A DNA stretch of 64,000 nt from Clostridia bacterium (GTDB lineage: Bacteria > Bacillota > Clostridia > Oscillospirales > CAG-272), in contig JAFTOG010000050.1 in assembly GCA_017451485.1 (NCBI GenBank), positions 1,380 to 65,379 of the forward strand. The letters run 5' to 3'. The position numbers were made by a program, and so were the translations under genes. The stretch's first letter is position 1. Each line of letters opens with the position of its first letter. Below are positions 7,999-16,206 of the stretch, piece by piece. A model generated the notes under the pieces. It had not been told where the DNA came from. It did no database searches and worked only from the letters and a program-made list of their open reading frames with translations.

Positions 7999-8217
7999 AT
8001 GAAAATCACATTGAGAGCTGCACGAGTTAACAGGGGATTAACTCAGGAAGAAGTGGCAAAAGAACTCAAGAAAAGCAAGAACACTATTGTAAATTATGAA
8101 AATGGCAAAAGTGTTCCTGACATTGAAACAGGCAAGGCTCTTGCGACTTTATACGGTTGCACTGTAGATGACCTTATTTTTTTACCTTGCGACTGTGCTT
8201 TAAGCACAAAAGAATGA
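7999..8217 (+). CDS. Cro-like XRE-family HTH regulator
   Basis: RGLTQEEVAKELKKSKNTIVNYENGKSVP, 72 aa, first gene of the rightward early operon. Confidence 0.8.
   Translation: MKITLRAARVNRGLTQEEVAKELKKSKNTIVNYENGKSVPDIETGKALATLYGCTVDDLIFLPCDCALSTKE
8194..8208. promoter_or_regulatory. second copy of the operator palindrome, inside the last codons of the cro-like gene
   Basis: TGTGCTTTAAGCACA is identical to 7958-7972. Confidence 0.6.
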
Positions 8218-8280
8218 GTGTAACAAACAAGATACTGTCTGCATACTATGAAGACAAACACTTTTAAGGAAGGAGATGTT

Positions 8281-8445
8281 ATGAGTAAAGGCACATTGAC
8301 CGTAACACTTCATATCGGAGGACAGCAGGTTGAAAAGCTGACACCCGAACAAAGTGAACGTATAGCACAGAGGCTTTCGGAAACAATGAGCCTCTATTAC
8401 ACATCACATCAGGAAGAATACCGAAAGGTAAAAACAAAAAGATAA
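8281..8445 (+). CDS. hypothetical small protein
   Basis: SD AAGGAAGGAG precedes the ATG at 8281. This start is preferred to the track start at 8248, which lacks an SD. Confidence 0.45.
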   Translation: MSKGTLTVTLHIGGQQVEKLTPEQSERIAQRLSETMSLYYTSHQEEYRKVKTKR

Positions 8446-8472
8446 CGGAAAAATTAAAACAAGGAGTAAAAA

Positions 8473-8730
8473 ATGGAGAACGAAACAAAAACAAGGACGT
8501 ATGACATTCTTAAAGCCGCATTAGCACAGAAGAAATACTGTGACAATCACGGATTCCCTCACTTTGCACCACAGGACGGTTGCTGTAGAAATTGTGGGAA
8601 AAATATCTATGTACAGCACGAAAAATCCTACGGTAAAGACGTAACAATTACCACAGGTATATCAGTTGAGGAAGCAGGCAAATCACTTGTAACAGGCTGT
8701 CCTCATTGTAACATTTCATATTGTGATTAA
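8473..8730 (+). CDS. hypothetical zinc-ribbon protein
   Basis: Two CxxC pairs (CCRNC...CPHC) and a good SD. Confidence 0.5.
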   Translation: MENETKTRTYDILKAALAQKKYCDNHGFPHFAPQDGCCRNCGKNIYVQHEKSYGKDVTITTGISVEEAGKSLVTGCPHCNISYCD

Positions 8731-8744
8731 AAAAGGAGATACAT

Positions 8745-9683
8745 ATGTTAAAAAATCTAATCAAAACATCAACAGTCGGTATGAGCCACGAAGAATGGCT
8801 TGAGCATAGGAGAGATTCTATAGGTGGATCAGATGCGGCAAGCATTATAGGTCTTAACCCTTGGTGCAGTCCCTATACAGTATGGGCAGACAAGCTCGGC
8901 AAATTGCCTCCGCAGGAAGATAACGAGAGAATGAGGCTCGGACGAGACCTTGAGGACTATGTGGCTAAAAGATTCACAGAGAGGACCGGGAAGAAGGTCA
9001 GACGAGAGAATAGCATTATAATTAACCCTCAGTATCCTTTTGCACACGCAAATGTAGATAGAATGGTGGTAGGCGAGGATGCAGGTCTTGAATGTAAGAC
9101 TACATCTGTTCTCAACCTTAAGAAGTTTAAGAACGGTAGTTATCCCGAACAATACTATGTACAGTGCGTACATTACCTTGCAGTCACAGGCTGTAAGAAG
9201 TGGTATTTAGGAGTATTAGTCCTTGGCGAAGGCTTTTATGATTTCACAATCGAGAGGGACGAGGGCGAGATACAGGCTCTTATGGATTCAGAGGAAGCCT
9301 TTTGGAAGTATGTTGAGGACAAGACACCTCCTCCTACCGATGGAGAAAAGTCCACCACGGAAACAATATCTATTCTTTATCCCGAATCCAATGAGGAAAC
9401 AGTAAGCTTATTCGCTTATGATACGGACCTCAAACAGTATATGACTCTCTCGTCTCAAATAAAGGCTTTAGAGGCACAAAAAGACGAAGTAGCAAATAGG
9501 GTCAAGGCATTTATGAACGAAGCAGGAAAGGGCGAAAGTGACACTTTCAAAGTGTCTTGGGTATCTGCTGAAAGAAATTCCTTTGATGCTAAGAGGTTTG
9601 CATCAGACCACAAGCACCTTAATTTATCAGAATATTACAAAAAATCTACAAGTCGTACCTTTAGGGTAACGGAGAAGAAATAA
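8745..9683 (+). CDS. YqaJ-type (lambda-exonuclease-like) recombination exonuclease
   Basis: GGSDAASIIGLNPWCSPYTVWADKLG, with D...ECK-type PD-(D/E)XK motifs (VDRMVVGEDAGLECKT). Adjacent to recT. Confidence 0.85.
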   Translation: MLKNLIKTSTVGMSHEEWLEHRRDSIGGSDAASIIGLNPWCSPYTVWADKLGKLPPQEDNERMRLGRDLEDYVAKRFTERTGKKVRRENSIIINPQYPFAHANVDRMVVGEDAGLECKTTSVLNLKKFKNGSYPEQYYVQCVHYLAVTGCKKWYLGVLVLGEGFYDFTIERDEGEIQALMDSEEAFWKYVEDKTPPPTDGEKSTTETISILYPESNEETVSLFAYDTDLKQYMTLSSQIKALEAQKDEVANRVKAFMNEAGKGESDTFKVSWVSAERNSFDAKRFASDHKHLNLSEYYKKSTSRTFRVTEKK

Positions 9684-9707
9684 TTTTAATTTACGGAGGA
9701 TATAAAA

Positions 9708-10511
9708 ATGGCAAACGTAATTCAGAATCAGGTAGCAACAACCAACGGCAAAGAAAAGAAAACAATGCAGCAGTACATAAAGACTATGGAGGGGGAAATT
9801 AAAAAGGCTCTTCCCTCGGTTATAACTCCCGAAAGATTTACTCGTATGGTACTCTCTGCAATATCTACTAACCCGAAGTTAGCATCTTGCACACCTCAGT
9901 CCTTCCTCGGAGCTATGATGTCTGCGGCTCAGCTTGGTCTTGAGCCTAATACTCCTCTCGGACAGGCTTATCTTATTCCCTATAAAAATAAAGGTGTTGA
10001 CGAAGTTCAGTTTCAGATCGGATACAAGGGTCTTATTGACCTTGCTTACAGAAGTGGCGAGGTTGAGCTTGTACAGGCTCACGTTGTTTATGAGAACGAT
10101 ACCTTTGAGTGCGAATTTGGTCTTGAGCCTAAGCTCGTACATAAGCCTGCTGACAGCGACAGAGGAGACCCTATAAAGGTTTATGCACTTTTCAGAACTA
10201 AATCGGGAGGCTACGGCTTTGATGTAATGTCTATGGATGATGTTCGCAGACACGCAGAGAAGTACAGTCAGGCATATAAATCAGGCTTCTCTCCGTGGAA
10301 AACAAACTTTGAGGAGATGGCTAAGAAGACTGTCCTTAAGAGAGTCCTTAAATATGCTCCTCTTAAATCTGACTTTGTAAAGGCAGTTACACAGGATGAG
10401 ACTATCAAGAGTGAAATCTCTCCCGATATGTATGAGGTTAACAACGAGACCGTCTTTGAAGCTGAATACACAGAGGTCAATACAGATACAGGCGAAGTGA
10501 AGGACGAGTGA
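9708..10511 (+). CDS. recT: RecT-family single-strand annealing protein
   Basis: TPQSFLGAMMSAAQLGLEPNTPLGQAYLIPY...VQFQIGYKGLIDLAYRSGE. Confidence 0.88.
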   Translation: MANVIQNQVATTNGKEKKTMQQYIKTMEGEIKKALPSVITPERFTRMVLSAISTNPKLASCTPQSFLGAMMSAAQLGLEPNTPLGQAYLIPYKNKGVDEVQFQIGYKGLIDLAYRSGEVELVQAHVVYENDTFECEFGLEPKLVHKPADSDRGDPIKVYALFRTKSGGYGFDVMSMDDVRRHAEKYSQAYKSGFSPWKTNFEEMAKKTVLKRVLKYAPLKSDFVKAVTQDETIKSEISPDMYEVNNETVFEAEYTEVNTDTGEVKDE

Positions 10512-10515
10512 AAAT

Positions 10516-11271
10516 ATGCATCAAATAGGAATATTTGATATGGATACAAGCCTACCACCTAAAAAACGAGTTATGAATGTACTTGTTGCCTGTGAGGAAA
10601 GCCAAGCTGTTTGTATAGCTTTTCGGGAGAGAGGACATAACGCATTCAGTTGTGACATACAGGAATGCTCGGGTGGTCATCCTGAATGGCATATACAGGG
10701 GGATGTTTTAAAGATTATAAATCCCTCGATACATTGGGGTGATTTTTCTGAAATATGGAAGGGTATTTCGTTTTTTACAACGGACGGTAAGTACCATTAC
10801 TTCAAAGGTAAATGGGATCTTATTATAGCTCACCCACCGTGTACATATTTATCAAACGCAGGAGCAGCTCGATTATATTCCCGAAAAGGTGAACTCAATA
10901 TGGAGAGGTATCAAAAAGGACTTGAAGCGAAGGAATTTTTTATGTGCTTCTATAATGCAGATTGTCCGAGAATTGCCATTGAGAATCCAATACCAATAAG
11001 GGTATTTGAATTGCCTCCCCGCACTCAAGTAATTCAACCCTACGAACACGGACATCCATATAGCAAGGCAACGTATTTGTGGCTTAAAGGACTGCCAAGG
11101 CTCTATCCGACTAATATAGTAACCGACAAAATTATATCTTGGGTTTCAGGCGGTAGTAAAGATGCCCACGGTAATCCTCGGAAACAAAGCGGTACAAAGT
11201 TCAGAGATGCAAAAATCAGAAGCAAAACCTTCCCCGGCATTGCCAAGGCTATGGCTGAACAATGGGGATGA
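10516..11271 (+). CDS. hypothetical protein with C5-methyltransferase-like PPC and ENP motifs but no glycine-rich SAM loop
   Basis: DLIIAHPPCTYLSNAG (motif-IV-like) and RIAIENPIP (ENV-like). The N-terminal strand reads VLVACEESQ rather than FxGxG. The start (10516 or 10574) is uncertain. Confidence 0.4.
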   Translation: MHQIGIFDMDTSLPPKKRVMNVLVACEESQAVCIAFRERGHNAFSCDIQECSGGHPEWHIQGDVLKIINPSIHWGDFSEIWKGISFFTTDGKYHYFKGKWDLIIAHPPCTYLSNAGAARLYSRKGELNMERYQKGLEAKEFFMCFYNADCPRIAIENPIPIRVFELPPRTQVIQPYEHGHPYSKATYLWLKGLPRLYPTNIVTDKIISWVSGGSKDAHGNPRKQSGTKFRDAKIRSKTFPGIAKAMAEQWG

Positions 11272-11305
11272 CATTATCAAATAGAGAAAAATAGGGAGGT
11301 CTATT

Positions 11306-11550
11306 ATGAAGATTACACAGTGTGACAGAATATTGAGACATCTCAGAGACCACGGCTCTATATCACACTTGAGGCTATCAGCGAGTACGGAATACTCCGT
11401 CTCGCTTCAAGGATAAATGACCTCAAGAGGAGAGGTTACAAGATACATAGTACTACAAGAAAAGGCAATAACAGATATGGCGAGTCTACACATTACAAGG
11501 TGTACAAGCTCGTAGAAGAAAACGGAGGTAAGCGGAAGGAGGCGAAGTAA
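11306..11550 (+). pseudogene. small winged-helix DNA-binding gene disrupted by a 2-nt (TA) insertion
   Basis: Frame A gives MKITQCDRILRHLRDHGSI and stops at 11416. Frame B continues ITLEAISEYGILRLASRINDLKRRGYKIHSTTRKGNNRYGESTHYKVYKL to 11550. Removing one TA from TCTATATCAC (about 11357-11366) fuses them. Confidence 0.6.
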
Positions 11551-12269
11551 TGGCTGAAAGTAAAAAATATTATTGGCTGAAATTGAGGCGAGACTTCTTT
11601 AAGAGGCACGATATCAGAATAGTCGAAGCACTGCCGAATGGCAAGGACTACATACTTTTCTATCTTAAGCTGCTTCTTGAAAGCATAGACCACGAAGGGA
11701 CTCTCCGCTTCAGTGATACCATCCCATATAATGAGCAGATGCTCTCGGTAGTAACCGATACCAACATTGACGTAGTAAGGTCTGCTATGAAGCTCTTTAT
11801 CGAACTCAATATGATGCAGGTCTTTGATGACCAAACTATCTATATGACAGAGGTGGACAAGCTCATCGGTAGCGAATGTTCAAGTGCCAGGAGAGTGAGA
11901 GAACACCGAAAAAACAAGAGGTTGTTACAATGTAACGATGATGTAACAAAAAGTAACACAGAGATAGAGTTAGAGAAAGAAAAAGAGAAAGAAATAGATA
12001 AAGAGACAGAGTCAGAGGTAGATGTAGGGGAGCAGGACTCCCCCATCACTGCCGACAACGGCATTAAATCTCTTAGGGGAACTCTTGGAAGGGGTTTGGT
12101 TATGCTTACAGACGAGCAGTTCGAGGACCTTGCAAATAAGCTCAGTTATGAAGAACTAAACACCTATATTCCTAAGATGGCTGATATGGTTGAAAAAGGC
12201 TATAAATTCAACTGTGGTCACTACAATATGATACTCAGGATGGTTATGGAGGACAGGACTGTAAGATGA
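11550..12269 (+). CDS. phage replisome organizer (N-terminal domain family)
   Basis: YYWLKLRRDFFKRHDIRIVEALPNGKDYILFYLKLLLESIDHEGTLRF, with an acidic and low-complexity middle. Confidence 0.75.
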   Translation: MAESKKYYWLKLRRDFFKRHDIRIVEALPNGKDYILFYLKLLLESIDHEGTLRFSDTIPYNEQMLSVVTDTNIDVVRSAMKLFIELNMMQVFDDQTIYMTEVDKLIGSECSSARRVREHRKNKRLLQCNDDVTKSNTEIELEKEKEKEIDKETESEVDVGEQDSPITADNGIKSLRGTLGRGLVMLTDEQFEDLANKLSYEELNTYIPKMADMVEKGYKFNCGHYNMILRMVMEDRTVR

Positions 12270-12415
12270 AAAGAAAATTTAAGGTTACATACAAATCTCC
12301 GTTGGGTTTTCGCTCAACGGAGATAGAGGCTTACTCTAAATATAATGCTAAAAGGATATTCTATGTGCAGTTTCCTAAGTATGAAATCGTCAAGATCGAG
12401 GAGGTACAGGAATGA
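12266..12415 (+). CDS. hypothetical 49-aa protein
   Basis: ATGA/TGA overlaps with both neighbours suggest translational coupling. Below the track cutoff. Confidence 0.4.
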   Translation: MKRKFKVTYKSPLGFRSTEIEAYSKYNAKRIFYVQFPKYEIVKIEEVQE

Positions 12416-13308
12416 GAGTCGGACTTATAGATGTAGATAGCCATAACTTTCCCAATCTTGCCTTAATGAAGGTATCTGCTTGGCATAAAGCGAAGGGTGA
12501 TGAGGTTGAGTGGTGTATCCCTATAGACCGCTACGATATCGTATATCAAAGCAAGGTGTTCGACAATACTTATTCCCCGGATATTGATTGGTATCCCCAA
12601 GCAGACAAGGTGATTAAGGGAGGTACAGGTTACGGACTTGATAACAAGCTGCCTGATGAGATTGAGCATATGTATCCCGATTACAGTATATATCCCGAAC
12701 TTACAAAGGATACAGCCTACGGATTCCTTACAAGAGGATGCCCGAGAGGGTGTGACTTCTGCATAGTCGCAGGTAAGGAAGGAAGAAGAGCCTACAAAGT
12801 AGCCGACCTTGATGAGTTTTGGGATGGTCAAAAGACCATTAAGTTGCTTGATCCGAACATCCTCGCCTGTAAAGAGCATCTTTCTTTACTACAGCAGTTA
12901 ATTGATAGTAAGGCTTATGTTGACTTTACTCAAGGGTTAGATATTCGCCTCACAAATGAAAGGAATGTTGCTCTACTTAATAAGATTAAGGTTAAAGAGA
13001 TTCACTTCGCTTGGGATAATGCCAAAGACGATTTGAAGCCATATTTTGAGAGGTACAAGAGCCTTGCCAAGCATAAGCCTCACGGCAGATATGGAACGGT
13101 GTACTGCCTAACGAACTTCGGAAGCACTATGGAAGAAAATCTGTACAGGATATACACTCTGCGAGACCTTGGCTTTGACCCTTATGTGATGATATATGAC
13201 AAACCAAATGCTCCAAGAGAGGTAAGACTACTGCAACGATGGTGCAATAACATACAAATTTTTAGGTCTTGTCTGAATTTCGAGGATTATGACCCTACGA
13301 AAGGATGA
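12412..13308 (+). CDS. radical SAM domain protein
   Basis: The CxxxCxxC cluster motif lies in FLTRGCPRGCDFCIV, preceded by a Rossmann-like N-terminal module. Confidence 0.75.
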   Translation: MRVGLIDVDSHNFPNLALMKVSAWHKAKGDEVEWCIPIDRYDIVYQSKVFDNTYSPDIDWYPQADKVIKGGTGYGLDNKLPDEIEHMYPDYSIYPELTKDTAYGFLTRGCPRGCDFCIVAGKEGRRAYKVADLDEFWDGQKTIKLLDPNILACKEHLSLLQQLIDSKAYVDFTQGLDIRLTNERNVALLNKIKVKEIHFAWDNAKDDLKPYFERYKSLAKHKPHGRYGTVYCLTNFGSTMEENLYRIYTLRDLGFDPYVMIYDKPNAPREVRLLQRWCNNIQIFRSCLNFEDYDPTKG

Positions 13309-13341
13309 TGACACGATTAAAGGAGAATAAAGGAGAATAAT

Positions 13342-13578
13342 ATGAAATATAAACAGTTCCTTGAATGGTGTAACGAAAGAGCTTGTGACGGATTTTGGGG
13401 TTTCAATACAATAACAATTTGTATTGAAGTTATAAAAACAGTAAATAAGCACCCTTTTTGGGAAAGAGAAAAGGCTTGGCAAAAAATCAACGAAGAACTT
13501 AAAATTGTAGAAAATATTGTTGAACCTACAAACAAGAAAATCGAAGAATATATAGGAGAAAGCGAGGGAGAGAAATGA
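13342..13578 (+). CDS. hypothetical protein
   Basis: Good SD (AAGGAG) in the early operon. Confidence 0.45.
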   Translation: MKYKQFLEWCNERACDGFWGFNTITICIEVIKTVNKHPFWEREKAWQKINEELKIVENIVEPTNKKIEEYIGESEGEK

Positions 13579-13670
13579 CAAGCGTAAATTGTTGGGCAAG
13601 TGATTGCAGATGGGAGAAACACGGATGGTGTGACAGAGGTGCTATCACCATAAGCGAGGACACGGAATGA
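13575..13670 (+). CDS. 31-aa Cys/Trp-rich mini-protein
   Basis: MTSVNCWASDCRWEKHGWCDRGAITISEDTE, with start/stop overlaps with both neighbours. Confidence 0.35.
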   Translation: MTSVNCWASDCRWEKHGWCDRGAITISEDTE

Positions 13671-13969
13671 GCTATATTGAGAGAGAAGCGTTGCTGAAAA
13701 GTCTTGAAAGCAAAAGGCTTATATTTGAGGAAAGTACACCTGTCGATGAAGCTATTGCTGAACAAGTATCGGTATTCGAGGAAACGATTGAGGAAGCCCC
13801 CACCGCCGATGTGGTTGAGGTTTGCCGTTGCGAAATTTGCAAGCATTTAGAAATCCTTAACAGTCGTAATATATATGCAAAATGCAGAATGACCGATTTG
13901 GAATTTAAGCCTTTTGACATAGACACACGAAAGCATTATTGCAGTTACGGCGAAAGGAGAGAGGAATGA
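13667..13969 (+). CDS. hypothetical protein (CxxC...C...C C-terminal part)
   Basis: Coupled to both neighbours. Confidence 0.45.
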   Translation: MSYIEREALLKSLESKRLIFEESTPVDEAIAEQVSVFEETIEEAPTADVVEVCRCEICKHLEILNSRNIYAKCRMTDLEFKPFDIDTRKHYCSYGERREE

Positions 13970-14556
13970 AAGCAGTTTTAATATCAATTCAGCCTAAATA
14001 TTGCGAGCTTATCGCTTTAGGCAAAAAGACGGTTGAGGTTAGAAAGACCAAGCCGAAAATTGATGTGCCTTTTAAGTGCTATATTTATTGCACAAAGGGC
14101 AAGTTTGAGCCTCACGAGCATTTAAGAAACAATTTGCATTATGACGATAGCACAATAAAGGTTTGCGAGGGGCAAGGCAAAGTAATAGGCGAGTTTGTGT
14201 GCGACAGGATAACCGAAATAAAAAGTGATGCTGTTTATTCAAAAGTATTCGGCGGTTTTGATGTTCGCTTTAATTTTGATATTGGAAAGGCTTGTTTAAC
14301 ACAAGAACAAATTATTGAATATTTGGGCGAAAAAACAGGCTACGCTTGGCACATATCCAACCTTGTACTCTATGACAAGCCGAAAGAGTTGGGAGAGTTT
14401 AAGAGGGACTGCAACGGAAATTGCGACAGTTGTAAGTATGCTATATCGAAAAGTCCAATGAAATGGTATGACGAGCCTAAAATAGTCGGTTGTAAGAATA
14501 TATCCGTTCCGCAGAGTTGGTGTTATGTATGGGAGGTAGAAGATGGCAAATTTTAA
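13966..14556 (+). CDS. ASCH (PUA-like) domain protein
   Basis: MKAVLISIQPKYCELIALGKKTVEVRKTKPK is the typical ASCH N-terminus. The ATG at 13966 overlaps the upstream stop. Confidence 0.65.
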   Translation: MKAVLISIQPKYCELIALGKKTVEVRKTKPKIDVPFKCYIYCTKGKFEPHEHLRNNLHYDDSTIKVCEGQGKVIGEFVCDRITEIKSDAVYSKVFGGFDVRFNFDIGKACLTQEQIIEYLGEKTGYAWHISNLVLYDKPKELGEFKRDCNGNCDSCKYAISKSPMKWYDEPKIVGCKNISVPQSWCYVWEVEDGKF

Positions 14557-14607
14557 TTTGAATAAAGTAATACTCGGTGGCAGAGGAGATTAAGGAGGGC
14601 ATAAATA

Positions 14608-14769
14608 ATGTTTAAGTTCTTATTAAAAATTTGCAGTAAGGTAGCAGGATTTTTTAATAACCCTTGTTGGGACTGCCCTTATGATAACGGTATGGGATGT
14701 TGGGACAATGAGCCGAACTGTCCCCGAAGGAAGAAGAAGGAGGCTGAAAATGAAAAAGAAGAAGTATAA
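14608..14769 (+). CDS. 53-aa Cys-rich mini-protein
   Basis: NPCWDCPYDNGMGCWDNEPNCP. SD AAGGAGGG lies upstream. Below the track cutoff. Confidence 0.35.
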   Translation: MFKFLLKICSKVAGFFNNPCWDCPYDNGMGCWDNEPNCPRRKKKEAENEKEEV

Positions 14770-14965
14770 GATAATAGCTGAAGGTAAGAAAGCTAATGAG
14801 GAGATTATGGCTATTCTTGATGATGACGGACGCATTGATAAAGTGGCGAGTGCCTATTATGACTATAATCGTGATGTGTATAGGCTGTACCCTTGTAGTT
14901 ATGGCTCTTATTCCACGATTATGGATAAGATGACCGTTTCGCTTTATGATGTGCAGTTACGGTGA
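14750..14965 (+). CDS. hypothetical protein
   Basis: SD AGGAGG lies 7 nt before the ATG at 14750, which is in frame with the track ORF 14681..14965. Confidence 0.45.
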   Translation: MKKKKYKIIAEGKKANEEIMAILDDDGRIDKVASAYYDYNRDVYRLYPCSYGSYSTIMDKMTVSLYDVQLR

Positions 14966-14983
14966 ACAATAAACTAAAGAGAG

Positions 14984-15223
14984 GTGAGTGTGGTGGCAAA
15001 CTTCGATTCTGAACTCGTTAAATGTCCCTATTATCGCAGAAGCGAAACCAACAGGATATGTTGCGAGGGACTTAAGAAGAAAACGACTATAAACTTTACC
15101 TTCGAAGACGGTAAAAAGAGGAGAGCATATATGAATATATACTGTAATGATATACATAACTATAATAATTGTATGATATGTAATATGCTTAATAGAAAGT
15201 ATGGTGTTATTAGAGATGGGTAA
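14984..15223 (+). CDS. hypothetical Cys-rich protein
   Basis: GTG start after GAGAGGTGAG. Seven Cys residues (CPYY...CC...C...CMIC). Confidence 0.4.
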   Translation: MSVVANFDSELVKCPYYRRSETNRICCEGLKKKTTINFTFEDGKKRRAYMNIYCNDIHNYNNCMICNMLNRKYGVIRDG

Positions 15224-15629
15224 TAATAAATACCATAATATCAAGACTAAGACCTTTAGTGGCAAGGTCTATGACAGCAGAAAGGAAGCTCGGAGATCTG
15301 CTGAGCTTAATCTCCTTCAAAGAGCAGGTGAGCTTAATCTCCTTCAAAGAGCAGGTGAGATTAAGGACCTCAGAGAGCAGGTCAAGTTCGTTCTTATCCC
15401 GACACAATATGAGACTGTTGAAAGGTACTCTAAGACAGGCAAAAGACTCAAGGACGGTCAGATACTTATTGAGAAGGAATGTAGTTATTATGCAGACTTT
15501 GTGTACATAGATGTGAAGACAGGAAATACAGTTGTTGAAGACACTAAGGGTGTTCGTACCGAGGCATACAAGATTAAGCGTAAATTGATGCTTCAAGTCC
15601 ACGGCATACGCATTAAAGAAATAGACTGA
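15216..15629 (+). CDS. DUF1064-family (PD-(D/E)XK-like) phage protein with an internal 9-aa duplication
   Basis: NKYHNIKT...KVYDSRKEARR..EL.LLQRAGEI.DL..QV.F.L...YYADFVY...VVEDTKG..T..YK.KRKLM. Alternative start at 15201. Confidence 0.7.
   Translation: MGNNKYHNIKTKTFSGKVYDSRKEARRSAELNLLQRAGELNLLQRAGEIKDLREQVKFVLIPTQYETVERYSKTGKRLKDGQILIEKECSYYADFVYIDVKTGNTVVEDTKGVRTEAYKIKRKLMLQVHGIRIKEID
15303..15356. repeat. perfect 27-bp tandem duplication (GAGCTTAATCTCCTTCAAAGAGCAGGT x2)
   Basis: Read directly from the sequence. In frame; duplicates ELNLLQRAG. Confidence 0.95.
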
Positions 15630-15662
15630 GAGGGGAGTCATTAGACTCCTCTTTCTTTTTTC
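15630..15662 (+). terminator. intrinsic terminator closing the early region
   Basis: GAGGGGAGTC/GACTCCTC hairpin followed by a long T run. Confidence 0.6.
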
Positions 15663-15744
15663 TAATTTTTTTGGTGGGGGGTGGGTGTAATTCAGTATTC
15701 TAAATGATTTATCATATAAACAACGATACGAAAGGAGGCTTTCT

Positions 15745-16206
15745 GTGGATTGGAACGAGATAAAAACAGAGTATATCGCAGGCGGTACAAGCTACAGGAA
15801 GCTCTGCGAAAAGTATGAAGTGTCCCTTACTACACTTCAAAGAATTGCGAAAAAAGAAAAATGGACAGCACTTAGACAACAAGCGGATGACAAAGCGAAT
15901 ACAAAAATCGTTGATGCCATCAGTAAGAAACAGGCTAAGACATCAGAGAAAATCATAGCTGTGGCAGATAAGCTCCTTGATAAGATTGACTCGATAATTG
16001 ACACCGTTAATGATACTCAGAGTCTAAAGCAACTTACCTCGGCTATTAAGGACATCAAAGATATTAAAGGCTTTAAGTCTAAAGCAGATATCAGAGAGCA
16101 GGAAGCACGTATTAAGAAGCTTGAGGCAGAAGTAAATAAGGATGACAATGCTGTGAATGAGATAAGTGTTGTATTTACAGCAGGATCGGAGGAGTGGAAT
16201 GAGTAA
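15745..16206 (+). CDS. terS: terminase small subunit
   Basis: N-terminal HTH (GGTSYRKLCEKYEVSLTTLQRIAKKEKW) and a coiled-coil C-part. Lies directly upstream of terL. GTG start with GGAGG. Confidence 0.75.
   Translation: MDWNEIKTEYIAGGTSYRKLCEKYEVSLTTLQRIAKKEKWTALRQQADDKANTKIVDAISKKQAKTSEKIIAVADKLLDKIDSIIDTVNDTQSLKQLTSAIKDIKDIKGFKSKADIREQEARIKKLEAEVNKDDNAVNEISVVFTAGSEEWNE

Noticed and set aside
15676-15690. The G-rich 15-mer GGGGGGTGGGTGTAA, just upstream of terS, is repeated at 43502-43516. I considered it as a pac/cos site, a late-promoter element or a G-quadruplex signal.
   Set aside because: A single exact 15-mer pair in 64 kb is close to chance expectation. The second copy is simply the 5' half and loop of the strong terminator hairpin after the giant gene, and the first copy has no complementary partner. 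It is kept only as a note.
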